In this document: piece by piece, positions 24,597 to 32,732 of the stretch | How the letters are laid out: each line of letters starts with the position of its first letter | How positions within the stretch are numbered: position 1 is the first letter of the stretch | Origin: Actinomycetota bacterium | GTDB taxonomy: Bacteria > Actinomycetota > UBA4738 | DNA length: 38,221 nt | Assembly (NCBI GenBank): GCA_046729535.1 | Contig: JBKPGU010000125.1 | Span: 1 to 38,221 of the forward strand | Reading direction: 5' to 3' | Program-made: the position numbers and the translations under genes | The notes under the pieces: model-generated | What the model was told of the DNA's origin: nothing | The model's input: the letters and a program-made list of their open reading frames with translations, nothing else | Database searches by the model: none

Positions 24597-25636
24597 CACC
24601 CCGTCACCGCCGTCCGTTCGTGTACCAGATCGACGAGGCGCTGGAGGTTCTCGACGGGCGTGTCGGGGAGTACGCCGTGCCCGAGGTTGAACACGTGCCC
24701 GGGCCGGCCCGCTGCTCGCCGGACGACGGCCAGTGCCTTCGGCTCCACGGCCTCCCACGGAGCCACGCACACCGCGGGATCCAGGTTCCCCTGAACCGCG
24801 ACGTCGAACCCGACCCGCTCCCACGCCTCGTGGAGGGGCACCCGCCAGTCGATCCCCATGACGTCGGCCCCCGCGTCGCGCATCAGCGTCAGGAGCTCGC
24901 CGGTTCCCACGCCGAAATGGATCTTCGGCACCTCGAGGTCGATCAGTCCCTCGAAGATCTGTCGCATCGCCGGCAGTACGAACAGGGTGTAGTCGTCGGG
25001 ATCGAGCGCGCCTGCCCAGCTGTCGAAGACCTGCACCGCCTGGGCCCCCGCCTGAACCTGGGCCCTGAGGTAGGACAGCGTCGAACCGGCCAGCGTCGTC
25101 ATGAGGTCGGTCCACGCCTCCGGCTCCGAGTGCATGAAGGACTTCGTTCGTTCGTGGTTCCTGGACGGGCCGCCCTCGATCAGGTAGCTGGCCAAGGTGA
25201 ACGGCGCGCCGGAGAACCCGATCAGCGGCACGGACAGCTCCTTGCGGAGCAGCCGGATGGCCTCCATGACGAACGGGACGTCAGTCTCCGGAAGCAGCGG
25301 GCGGAGCCGGTAGACCTGCTCGGCGGAGCGGATGGGATGTGCGACCATCGGGCCGACGCCGGACTTGATGCCGACCTCGACGCCGGTCGCGGCGACGGGC
25401 ACCATGATGTCCGAGAACAGGATGGCCGCGTCCACCGGCATCCGGCGCAGCGGCTGCAGGGTCGCCTCGACCACCAGCTCGGGATCGCGGCACATGTCAA
25501 GGATGTCCATGCGCGCTCGGAGCTCTCGGTATTCCGGCAGGTAGCGACCGGCCTGGCGCATGAACCAGACCGGCGTTCGATCCACCGCCTCCAGCCGGCA
25601 GGCGCGGAGGAAGCGATCCTCGGAGGCGCCGTTCAC
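24596..25636 (-). CDS. hemE: uroporphyrinogen decarboxylase
   Basis: RTPVWFMRQAGRYLPEYRE signature and later FDSWAG. I prefer GTG at 25636, which gives a GTGA overlap with the upstream aldo/keto reductase stop and leaves ~22 aa before PVW, as in E. coli HemE. ATG at 25675 is the alternative. Confidence 0.9.
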   Translation of the reverse strand: MNGASEDRFLRACRLEAVDRTPVWFMRQAGRYLPEYRELRARMDILDMCRDPELVVEATLQPLRRMPVDAAILFSDIMVPVAATGVEVGIKSGVGPMVAHPIRSAEQVYRLRPLLPETDVPFVMEAIRLLRKELSVPLIGFSGAPFTLASYLIEGGPSRNHERTKSFMHSEPEAWTDLMTTLAGSTLSYLRAQVQAGAQAVQVFDSWAGALDPDDYTLFVLPAMRQIFEGLIDLEVPKIHFGVGTGELLTLMRDAGADVMGIDWRVPLHEAWERVGFDVAVQGNLDPAVCVAPWEAVEPKALAVVRRAAGRPGHVFNLGHGVLPDTPVENLQRLVDLVHERTAVTG

Positions 25637-26673
25637 CGCCGGCGAGCTTCCCGTGTCATCCACGGCGCCTCCCATCCCCTGTCCGACGACTCGGCCGTGG
25701 TGCCCGACGGGACGATCTCGTCGATGGCGTCCAGCGTGTCGGCGTCCAGCTGGACGTCGGCGCCGGCCAGGAGGTCCTGGAGCTGCTGCGGCGTACGCGG
25801 CCCGATGATCGCGGAAGTCACGGCGGGGTGCGTCAGGGTGAAGGCGATGGCCATATGGGTGAGGGACAGGCCGGCCTTGTCGGCCACCACCGCAAGCTCC
25901 TCCACCAGGTCGAGCTTCCGCTGGTTGCCCGGCCGCGACAGGTCGTAACGGGCGGCGACGGGGCGTCGCTGTTCGGCGAACCTCACCGCCCGGGAGTCCT
26001 TTGGGGGGTCCTCCCCTCGACGGTACTTACCGGCCAGCCACCCCCCGGCGAGCGGACTCCACACGATCACACCCATCCCGTACCGCCGGGTCACCGGGAG
26101 CACGTCGACCTCGATCGACCGAACCAGGATCGAGTACGGGGGCTGCTCGCACACCAACCGCTCCAGCCCACGGCGTTCGCTGGCCCACTGCGACTCGACG
26201 ATCTGCCACGCCGGGAACGTCGAGCTTCCGAGGTAACGGACCTTGCCCTGTCTCACCAGATCCGTCAGCGCGGAGAGCGTCTCTTCGATGTGCGTATCGG
26301 GATCGGGACGGTGGATCTGGTACAGGTCGATGTGATCGGTCTGGAGGCGGCGGAGGCTGTTCTCCACCTCTCGCATGATCCACAGCCTCGAATTCCCCTG
26401 TTCGTTGGGGCCCTCCCCCATGTCGCCGTGGACCTTCGTGGCCAGCACGACCTCGTCGCGACGGCCCTGCAAGGCCTTCCCCACGATCTCCTCGGACCGG
26501 CCCCCCGAATACACGTCCGCCGTGTCGATGAAATTGAGGCCGGCGTCGATGGCTCCGTGGATCATGCCGACGCATTCAGCCTCGTCCGTGTTCCCCCAAT
26601 CGCCGAACATCATGGCGCCGAGGCAGTAGCCACTTACCTTCAACCCGGTTCGTCCCAGCGTTCTGTACTCCAC
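25633..26673 (-). CDS. aldo/keto reductase
   Basis: GTG at 26673 with GGAGGA 6 nt upstream. VEYRTLGRTGLKVSGYCLGAMMFG, GLNFIDTADVYSGGRSEEIVGKAL, DLYQIHRPD, GSSTF: the AKR pattern. Confidence 0.9.
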   Translation of the reverse strand: MEYRTLGRTGLKVSGYCLGAMMFGDWGNTDEAECVGMIHGAIDAGLNFIDTADVYSGGRSEEIVGKALQGRRDEVVLATKVHGDMGEGPNEQGNSRLWIMREVENSLRRLQTDHIDLYQIHRPDPDTHIEETLSALTDLVRQGKVRYLGSSTFPAWQIVESQWASERRGLERLVCEQPPYSILVRSIEVDVLPVTRRYGMGVIVWSPLAGGWLAGKYRRGEDPPKDSRAVRFAEQRRPVAARYDLSRPGNQRKLDLVEELAVVADKAGLSLTHMAIAFTLTHPAVTSAIIGPRTPQQLQDLLAGADVQLDADTLDAIDEIVPSGTTAESSDRGWEAPWMTREARRR

Positions 26674-26908
26674 GCTCGTCCTCCGTCTTTGTCCATCACG
26701 TGGGCGGCGAAAGTTCCCTCGAAGCAAGATAGTCGAACGTGGTCGTATCCCGTAGGCTGCCCATCTCGCGTGAGCGAGGGAGGACATATTGATTCAGCGC
26801 CCGCGGAAACGCCCGACCAGAACATCCCAGGCGAACGGGGACGGGACGGGGCTATCCGGACTCCCGCCCGCGGGCTTCGGAACCGCCGTCCGTCGGCCGC
26901 AAGGCCGG

Positions 26909-27994
26909 ATGTCGCCCCGGCAGCTGCAGCGCCTGCTGCGGCTCCTGCTGTTCCTGGCGATCGGGGGGACCCTCGCCCTCGGCATCCTGCTTCGCGGTCA
27001 CGCTCCCAACCCGCCGCTCCGTATCCAGGTCGCCGGAGCCGGCCAGACGGTGCCCGGGGGAACGACCGTTGACGACGTCGTCCGACGCTTCGCCCTGACG
27101 CCCAAGGCCGGCGATCTGCTTGACGTGGAGGGCAAGGTCCTGAAGAGGGAGTTGTTCGCCGGAAGGATCCTGGTGAACGGGGTGGCCGTTCCGGGCGGCA
27201 CCGTCCTTAGCCAGGGGGATGTCGTGACCCTCGAGGCCGGCAAGGATCGCACTGAGAAGATCCTCCGGAAGATGGTCAAGGTTCCGGGCGGCGAGATCCT
27301 GAACCCTCAGTTCTTCCTGGGGAAAGCATCCGGCGTCCAGATCATCCGCACGGGGAAGCTCTCCGGAAAATTCGTCTCATCGGTGTTCAAGCCGACCGGC
27401 TCCTTCCAACCGCCCAAGGCCGTGGCACTCACGTTCGACGACGGCCCCTCGCCGAGGAACACCCTGAGGCTCCTCAACGTCCTGAAGCGGTTCGGTGTGA
27501 AGGCCACGTTCTTCGTCATCGGCCACTCGGCCGATGTCCACCCCGACCTCGTGAAGGCCGAGATCGCCGCCGGGATGGAAGTGGCCAATCACTCCTGGTC
27601 CCACCCGTACAGGAAGCCGTTCAGGAGCCTTCCCTCGAAGGTGATCCGGAGCGAGATCGACCTGACCCAGCGCGAGCTGCTCTCGCTGGGGGCCAGCTCC
27701 GGCCTGTTCCGTCCTCCCGGCGGGACCTTCTCCCCGCGGGAGATCGACATCGCGAAGGAGGCGGACGTCCGACTGGTGATGTGGTCGCTCGATCCCAAGG
27801 ACTGGGAGACGGGACGAACCAGCCGGCAGATCGTGGACGCCGTGCTGTCGAAGGTGGGCCCGGGGGCCATCATCATCCTCCACGACGGCGGAGGGAACCG
27901 GTCCGCGACCATCCGCGCGCTGCCCGGGATCATCAGGGGGATCAGGGCCAAGGGCCTTCAGATCGTGACCGTCGGCGAGGGCAGCCACCTGTAG
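26909..27994 (+). CDS. membrane-anchored polysaccharide deacetylase (NodB homology domain) with an N-terminal accessory domain
   Basis: ATG at 26909, then TM LLRLLLFLAIGGTLALGILL. NodB motifs ALTFDDGPS, ATFFVIGH, VANHSWSHP, LFRPPGG, IILHDGGG. TTG at 26789 is the longer alternative. Confidence 0.85.
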   Translation: MSPRQLQRLLRLLLFLAIGGTLALGILLRGHAPNPPLRIQVAGAGQTVPGGTTVDDVVRRFALTPKAGDLLDVEGKVLKRELFAGRILVNGVAVPGGTVLSQGDVVTLEAGKDRTEKILRKMVKVPGGEILNPQFFLGKASGVQIIRTGKLSGKFVSSVFKPTGSFQPPKAVALTFDDGPSPRNTLRLLNVLKRFGVKATFFVIGHSADVHPDLVKAEIAAGMEVANHSWSHPYRKPFRSLPSKVIRSEIDLTQRELLSLGASSGLFRPPGGTFSPREIDIAKEADVRLVMWSLDPKDWETGRTSRQIVDAVLSKVGPGAIIILHDGGGNRSATIRALPGIIRGIRAKGLQIVTVGEGSHL

Positions 27995-28066
27995 CCACGG
28001 CATGCCAGACCTGTGGGTAGCCCCCGAGTTCGACGGATCGCTTCTCTTTGCTATACAACCAGCGGG

Positions 28067-28705
28067 ATGGCCCTCGACATGCCACTGGCCGAAGCGATGC
28101 GTACCCAACGTGCCATCCGCCGGCTGAAGCCCGACCCGGTCGATGACCAAGTGCTGCTGCGGTGCATCGACCTCGCGCTGCGGGCGCCAACCGGGGGCAA
28201 CATGCAAACATGGGAGTGGATCATCGTCCGCGACCAGAGCGTCAAGGCGAAGCTGGGCAGGTTCTACCGTCAATCGTGGTCGATCTACGGGGGACTGGGC
28301 CGAAGGCTCCGGGGCGACAACGAGAAGGTGCGCAAGATCATCGACGCCGTCCAGTGGCAGGTCGATCACTTCGAGGAGATCCCCGTGCTGGTGGTCCCCT
28401 GTCTTCGCGGGATCCGGCTGACCTTCCTCCCCGTCATCGGGAGCTCGTACTACGGTTCGATCTATCCCGCGATCCAGAATTTCCTCCTGGCGTGCAGGGC
28501 CGAGGGCCTCGGCGCGGCGCTGACCACACTGCCACTCTGGTCGAGCACGCTGGCCCGCCGCGCCCTCGGCCTCCCGTGGAACGTGCAACCGGTGGCCGTC
28601 GTTCCGGTAGGTTGGCCGCGAGGACGTTACGGCCCCACCAGCAGGAAGCCGGTGGCCAAGGTCGTGCACTACGAGCGGTGGGGGAACCGGGCCGGCGGGA
28701 CGTAA
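28067..28705 (+). CDS. nitroreductase family protein
   Basis: ATG at 28067. AMRTQRAIRRLKPDPVDDQVLLRCIDLALRAPTGGNMQTWEWIIV is the classic nitroreductase N-terminus. Later AIQNFLLACRAEGLGA. Confidence 0.85.
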   Translation: MALDMPLAEAMRTQRAIRRLKPDPVDDQVLLRCIDLALRAPTGGNMQTWEWIIVRDQSVKAKLGRFYRQSWSIYGGLGRRLRGDNEKVRKIIDAVQWQVDHFEEIPVLVVPCLRGIRLTFLPVIGSSYYGSIYPAIQNFLLACRAEGLGAALTTLPLWSSTLARRALGLPWNVQPVAVVPVGWPRGRYGPTSRKPVAKVVHYERWGNRAGGT

Positions 28706-28765
28706 CGTTGTCCCAAGGAGGGATCGAGACGGGTTCGCCGCGGCGGATGACGAAAGGAGCCACAC

Positions 28766-29008
28766 GTGGACGACCAGGACGTGATCGACCGGATCAACGA
28801 GCTGGCGCACGAGGAGCACGCGCTGTTCGAGAAGGAATCCGAGCGAGGGGTATCGAACGAGGAGAAGGCCCGCCTCAAGTGGCTCGAGGTACGCCTCGAC
28901 CAGTGTTGGGACCTCCTGCACCAGCGCCGTGCGCTCCGGGCCGCGGGCCGTGATCCGAACGAGGCGCAGCCCCGGGACGAGGAGACGGTCGAGGGCTACG
29001 TCAACTGA
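28766..29008 (+). CDS. DUF2630 family protein
   Basis: GTG at 28766 with GAAAGGAG upstream. DVIDRINELAHEEHALF......LKWLEVRLDQCWDLLHQRRA.....DPNEA matches my recollection of the actinobacterial DUF2630 family. Confidence 0.75.
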   Translation: MDDQDVIDRINELAHEEHALFEKESERGVSNEEKARLKWLEVRLDQCWDLLHQRRALRAAGRDPNEAQPRDEETVEGYVN

Positions 29009-29020
29009 CGAGCCGGGCTC

Positions 29021-29890
29021 CTACCCCAGGCGAACGCGGCCCCTGGAGTTGCCGGCGAGTGCTGCCCGGCCCGCACGAACGACCCCGTCGGTGACCAGCG
29101 CCCGAAGGGCGAGGGCCACCCGCTCGGTCGATGAGTTCGTGCGAGCCGCGATGGTTCCCACCGTTCGGGCCTGGTGGTTGACCATGGCCCGGACCACCCG
29201 GCCTCGAAGCTGGCGGAACGAACCCTCGAAGTTCCCCCGTTGGCGGCCAGCCCTGCCGCCGCGCCGCCCGGCGCTCCGGTAGCGGCAGCCCTCAGCGACC
29301 GGGCACGAGGCGCACCGAGGGACCGGGCGACACACTTCGCGCCCCAGGTCCATGACGGCCTGGTTCCACTCCCCCGGTTCTCCAGCGTCGAGGAGCCCAC
29401 CGGCCGCGTCGCCGAGGGTCGAGGGCTCCGTCTCGTCCGGATCGGCTCCCAGGACGAACCGGGCCACCACGCGACGGACGTTGGTGTCGAGGGCCGGGAC
29501 GCGTACCCGGTAGGCCATCGAGGCAACGGCGGCGGCCGTGTACGGCCCGACCCCCGGGAGGCCGCGCAGCTCATCCGGATCTCGAGGGACCCGTCCGCCG
29601 AACTGGCTCACGATAACGCGAGCCGCTTCCGACAACGCCAGCGCTCGCCGGTTGTATCCCAGACCGTTCCAGGCCGCGATGACCTCGGCCCGTTCCGCCT
29701 TCGCCAGCGCCCGGACCGTTGGAAAGCGGCGAACGAACGATCGGTAGGCGGGGGCCACCCGCGCGGCCTGGGTCTGCTGCAGCATCACCTCGCTCACCAG
29801 CACCAGGTATGGATCGGGCCTCGAACGCCGCCAGGGGTAGGAGCGTTCCCGCGGCCGGTACCACTCCCGGAGGGTCGGGCCGAACTCCAC
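29021..29890 (-). CDS. mutY: A/G-specific adenine DNA glycosylase (MutY family, HhH-GPD with 4Fe-4S loop), short C-terminal domain
   Basis: GTG at 29890. YPWRR..DPYLVLVSEVMLQQTQ (catalytic Glu). LPGVGPYTAAAV (HhH). LDTNVRRV (catalytic Asp). Four-Cys cluster CRPVPRCASCPVAEGC. Confidence 0.85.
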   Translation of the reverse strand: MEFGPTLREWYRPRERSYPWRRSRPDPYLVLVSEVMLQQTQAARVAPAYRSFVRRFPTVRALAKAERAEVIAAWNGLGYNRRALALSEAARVIVSQFGGRVPRDPDELRGLPGVGPYTAAAVASMAYRVRVPALDTNVRRVVARFVLGADPDETEPSTLGDAAGGLLDAGEPGEWNQAVMDLGREVCRPVPRCASCPVAEGCRYRSAGRRGGRAGRQRGNFEGSFRQLRGRVVRAMVNHQARTVGTIAARTNSSTERVALALRALVTDGVVRAGRAALAGNSRGRVRLG

Positions 29891-29958
29891 GGCCAGAGGC
29901 TACACGCACCCGGCTCGCATCCTCCGAGCGTGGTGACTAGTGTTCGAGAGGACCCGAC

Positions 29959-30342
29959 ATGACGACCGTGGGCGACGTCATGCAGACGAACCTGGTCACC
30001 GCCGAGCCGAGCTCGACGGTGGCCGAGGCCGCAACCATCATGGGCGAGCGGCACGTTGGCTCGACCCTGGTGATGGAGGACGGCAAGCTGGTCGGGATCT
30101 TCACGGAGCGAGACATCGTCCGCGCGCTGTCCCAGGACTTCGACGCCCCCGGCCACCCCATCTCCCACTGGATGACGAAGAACCCCAGGACCATCGCCAC
30201 CGACTCAACGGTGGAGGAGGCACTCGAGATCATGTTCGCCGGTGGGTTCCGGCACCTCCCCGTCGCCCGGGGGGATGAGGTCTTGGGGATGGTTTCGATG
30301 CGGGACCTGTCGCGGGCCACCGCCGACCGCCGAGCCGAGTAA
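29959..30342 (+). CDS. CBS domain pair protein
   Basis: ATG at 29959. Two CBS repeats: VGDVMQTNLVTAEPSSTVAEAATIMGERHVGSTLVMEDGKLVGIFTERDIV and ISHWMTKNPRTIATDSTVEEALEIMFAGGFRHLPVARGDEVLGMVSMRDL. Confidence 0.85.
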   Translation: MTTVGDVMQTNLVTAEPSSTVAEAATIMGERHVGSTLVMEDGKLVGIFTERDIVRALSQDFDAPGHPISHWMTKNPRTIATDSTVEEALEIMFAGGFRHLPVARGDEVLGMVSMRDLSRATADRRAE

Positions 30343-30352
30343 AAGGCCCCGT

Positions 30353-31156
30353 TCAGTCCAACCCGAGCAGATCCGGCAGGTCGGCGAGCGAGTCGATCAA
30401 CCGGTCCGGCTCCTCTGACGCCCTCTCCAGCTGAACCGGGCTGAACTTCCCCGTCCGAACGAGCACACCGGTCATGCCGAGGCGATGCGCCGCAAGGACG
30501 TCGCTCTCGAGGTCGTCTCCCACCATGGCGACCTTCACCGCAGGGACGCCGAGCACCTCGAGGGCTTCCTCGAAGAACCCGGCGCTCGGCTTTCCGATGA
30601 CAGCGGCCCGAACCTGCGCCGCCGCCTCAAGGGCAAGGACAAGGGCTCGTCCCGTATCCAGCACCATCCCTTCCTCCGTCATCCACGTCAGCGTCCCGTG
30701 CATGGACACCAGCGGAGCTCCAGCCAGGACCACACGGAGCGCGTGGTTCGCCAGGTCCCAGGGGATGGCATCGCTCGCTCCGCCGACCACGACCACGTCG
30801 GCCGGTTCGGCGCCGCGAACCACCTCGACGTCGTCCAGATCCTCCAGGGAGCTCGAACCACCGATGACCAAACAGGCGGCGCCGGGGTGTCTCGTCCGCA
30901 GGTACCGGGCCGTGGCGACCGCGGCGGTGAGGATGTCCTCCCTCTCCACGTCGAACCCGGCCCCTCGGAGGGTCGCCCCGAGCTCGCGGCGGGAAAGCTC
31001 GGTCGTATTCGTGAGGAGGCGGAACGGCATCCCGGAGGCGCGGATCCTTGCCAGCGCTGCGACGGCCCCATCCAGGGCCCGCCACGAGACGGTGAGGACG
31101 CCGTCGATGTCCATCAGCAGCCCCTCGACGTCTCGGCGCAGGCCGGCCCCGCTCAC
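30353..31156 (-). CDS. HAD-IIA family hydrolase (NagD/LHPP-like phosphatase)
   Basis: GTG at 31156 overlaps the capA-like stop (GTGA). Motif I LLMDIDGVL. Motif II LLTNTT. Motif IV MVGDDLESDV. Confidence 0.85.
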   Translation of the reverse strand: MSGAGLRRDVEGLLMDIDGVLTVSWRALDGAVAALARIRASGMPFRLLTNTTELSRRELGATLRGAGFDVEREDILTAAVATARYLRTRHPGAACLVIGGSSSLEDLDDVEVVRGAEPADVVVVGGASDAIPWDLANHALRVVLAGAPLVSMHGTLTWMTEEGMVLDTGRALVLALEAAAQVRAAVIGKPSAGFFEEALEVLGVPAVKVAMVGDDLESDVLAAHRLGMTGVLVRTGKFSPVQLERASEEPDRLIDSLADLPDLLGLD

Positions 31157-32115
31157 GGCCACTCCACCACCAACCTGCCCCCCTCCTCTCGAACCTGGGT
31201 CCCCATCTCCTCGCAGGCCTCGCCGAAACGCGTCCCGACCCATCGCGCCTCGTCTCTGTCGGCCAGCCGAGTGAAGCAGAACTCCAGCCTGAGCGGCACC
31301 GCTTCCAATCGACGAGGCCCCCCGGCGTCAAGAGTTACCAGGAAGAGGAGGCCCAGGTCGTTCCGAAGGGCCGGGTCGACCGCGTAGTCGTCGAGGAAAT
31401 CACCCAGGTCCCACAGGACCCGGCCCTGGACGCCGTGGAAGACGTGGGCCGAGTGCCCGGCGATCAACGTCGCACCGGCCTCGACCAGGGCGCGACCGGC
31501 GCGACGCACGTGGGGAACGGGAGAGGACGTCATGTTCGGACCCCAATGCGGCATGACCACAACGAGGTCCGCGTCGTGACCTTGGATCGCGTCCGTCAGC
31601 CACGCCGGGACCTCTTCGGTGAGATCGGCGTAGGCGACGCCGGCGGAAGAGCCCCCGGCCGCATAGTCCTCCGGATGGTCGGTCACGCCCATCACCGCAA
31701 CGCGCGACCCGTCCTTCGTCCGGAGCGCCACCGATCGGCGGGCTGCCTCGACGTCCTGCCCCGCTCCCACCCACTCGATCCCGGCCGAAGCCAGGTGGCC
31801 CAGCGTGTCCAGAAGGGCCTGCTCGCCGAAGTCCAAGGCGTGGTTGTTGGCCAGCGTCACACAGTCGACGCCGAGCCGGGCGAGCGCGTCCGCGGCGACG
31901 GGCGGCGCGCGAAAGAAGAACGGCTTGCCTGGCGCCGGCCAGGGGTCGCCACCCGTGGAGATGCAGCATTCGAGGTTCAGGACGAACAGATCGGCTTCAC
32001 GGATCACCTCGACGACCTCCGGAGCGACCAGCCCCTGGGAGGGGTCATCGCGCAAGCGTTCCCCCACCTTGCGTCCCAGCATCGTGTCGCCGGCCAGGGC
32101 CAGGGTCACAGGCAT
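31153..32115 (-). CDS. CapA family protein (PGA_cap metallophosphatase-like)
   Basis: ATG at 32115 with GGAGG 8 nt upstream. VTLALAGDTMLGR..., VLNLECCIS, TLANNHALDFG, VVVMPHWGPN, LIAGHSAHV are typical CapA motifs. Confidence 0.85.
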   Translation of the reverse strand: MPVTLALAGDTMLGRKVGERLRDDPSQGLVAPEVVEVIREADLFVLNLECCISTGGDPWPAPGKPFFFRAPPVAADALARLGVDCVTLANNHALDFGEQALLDTLGHLASAGIEWVGAGQDVEAARRSVALRTKDGSRVAVMGVTDHPEDYAAGGSSAGVAYADLTEEVPAWLTDAIQGHDADLVVVMPHWGPNMTSSPVPHVRRAGRALVEAGATLIAGHSAHVFHGVQGRVLWDLGDFLDDYAVDPALRNDLGLLFLVTLDAGGPRRLEAVPLRLEFCFTRLADRDEARWVGTRFGEACEEMGTQVREEGGRLVVEWP

Positions 32116-32140
32116 GGCGAGGCCTCCGTTGGTGGGGAGG

Positions 32141-32731
32141 CTATCGGACGACACCGCCGGCCCGACGGACGTCGTCCAAGGGCTCGCATCCCGTCACCGG
32201 GCTGGAGATCCACCGATCGTACGCCCTCGTCGAGGACGACGACCTCGTACCCCTTTCGCAGGGCGTCGAGCGCCGTCTCCTTCACGCAGTAGTCGGTGGC
32301 CAATCCGACGATGACCACGCGTTCGATGCGGTGTTCGCGGAGGAGCTGCTCGAGCCCGGTGCCCTCCGGTTCGCCGGATGTCGGATCTCGCATGGTGAAG
32401 CCGCTGTACCCATCCTCGCCACCGGTTCCTTCCGGATCACCTCGCCCCTCATCGACAAGCCGTCCTGGAACGCCGCTCCCCACGATCCCTTGACGCAGTG
32501 CACGGGCCAGATCCCGCCGTTCTTCTGGAAGTGGGGAGTGCTTTCCGGCTGCCAGTCCTGGGTGTAGACGACGTACGCTCCGGCCTGGATCGCCCGGCCG
32601 ATCTCACCGTTGACGAACGGCAGGATCCTGTCCCCGCCCCGGACGTAGAGGCTTCCGGCAGGATCGGCGAAGTCGTTCTGGACGTCCGTGACGATCAACG
32701 CGGTCCTCTCGTCGTAGTCGACCTCCGCCAT
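32141..32731 (-). pseudogene. pncA: nicotinamidase/pyrazinamidase (PncA, isochorismatase family) interrupted by two compensating single-base frameshifts
   Basis: Frame A (from ATG at 32731): TALIVTDVQNDFADPAGSLYV....WPVHCVKGSWGAAF....GEVIRK, then nonsense. Frame B: GTGGEDGYSGF....RIERVVIVGLATDYCVKETALDALRKGYEVVVLDEGVRSVDLQPGDGMRA, then nonsense. Frame A again: LDDVRRAGGVVR, stop at 32143..32141. Shift sites lie at about 32428-32429 (GG run) and 32180-32182 (CCC run). Confidence 0.7.
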
Positions 32732-32732
32732 C

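Noticed and set aside
21569-25115. Extended N-termini of the haem-operon ORFs (21569-22669, 22228-23853, 23670-25115)
   Set aside because: The extensions run into the upstream gene in another frame and are Arg/Gly-rich. Internal ATGs at 22240, 23670 and 24596 give normal-length HemQ, HemY and HemH with overlapping junctions.
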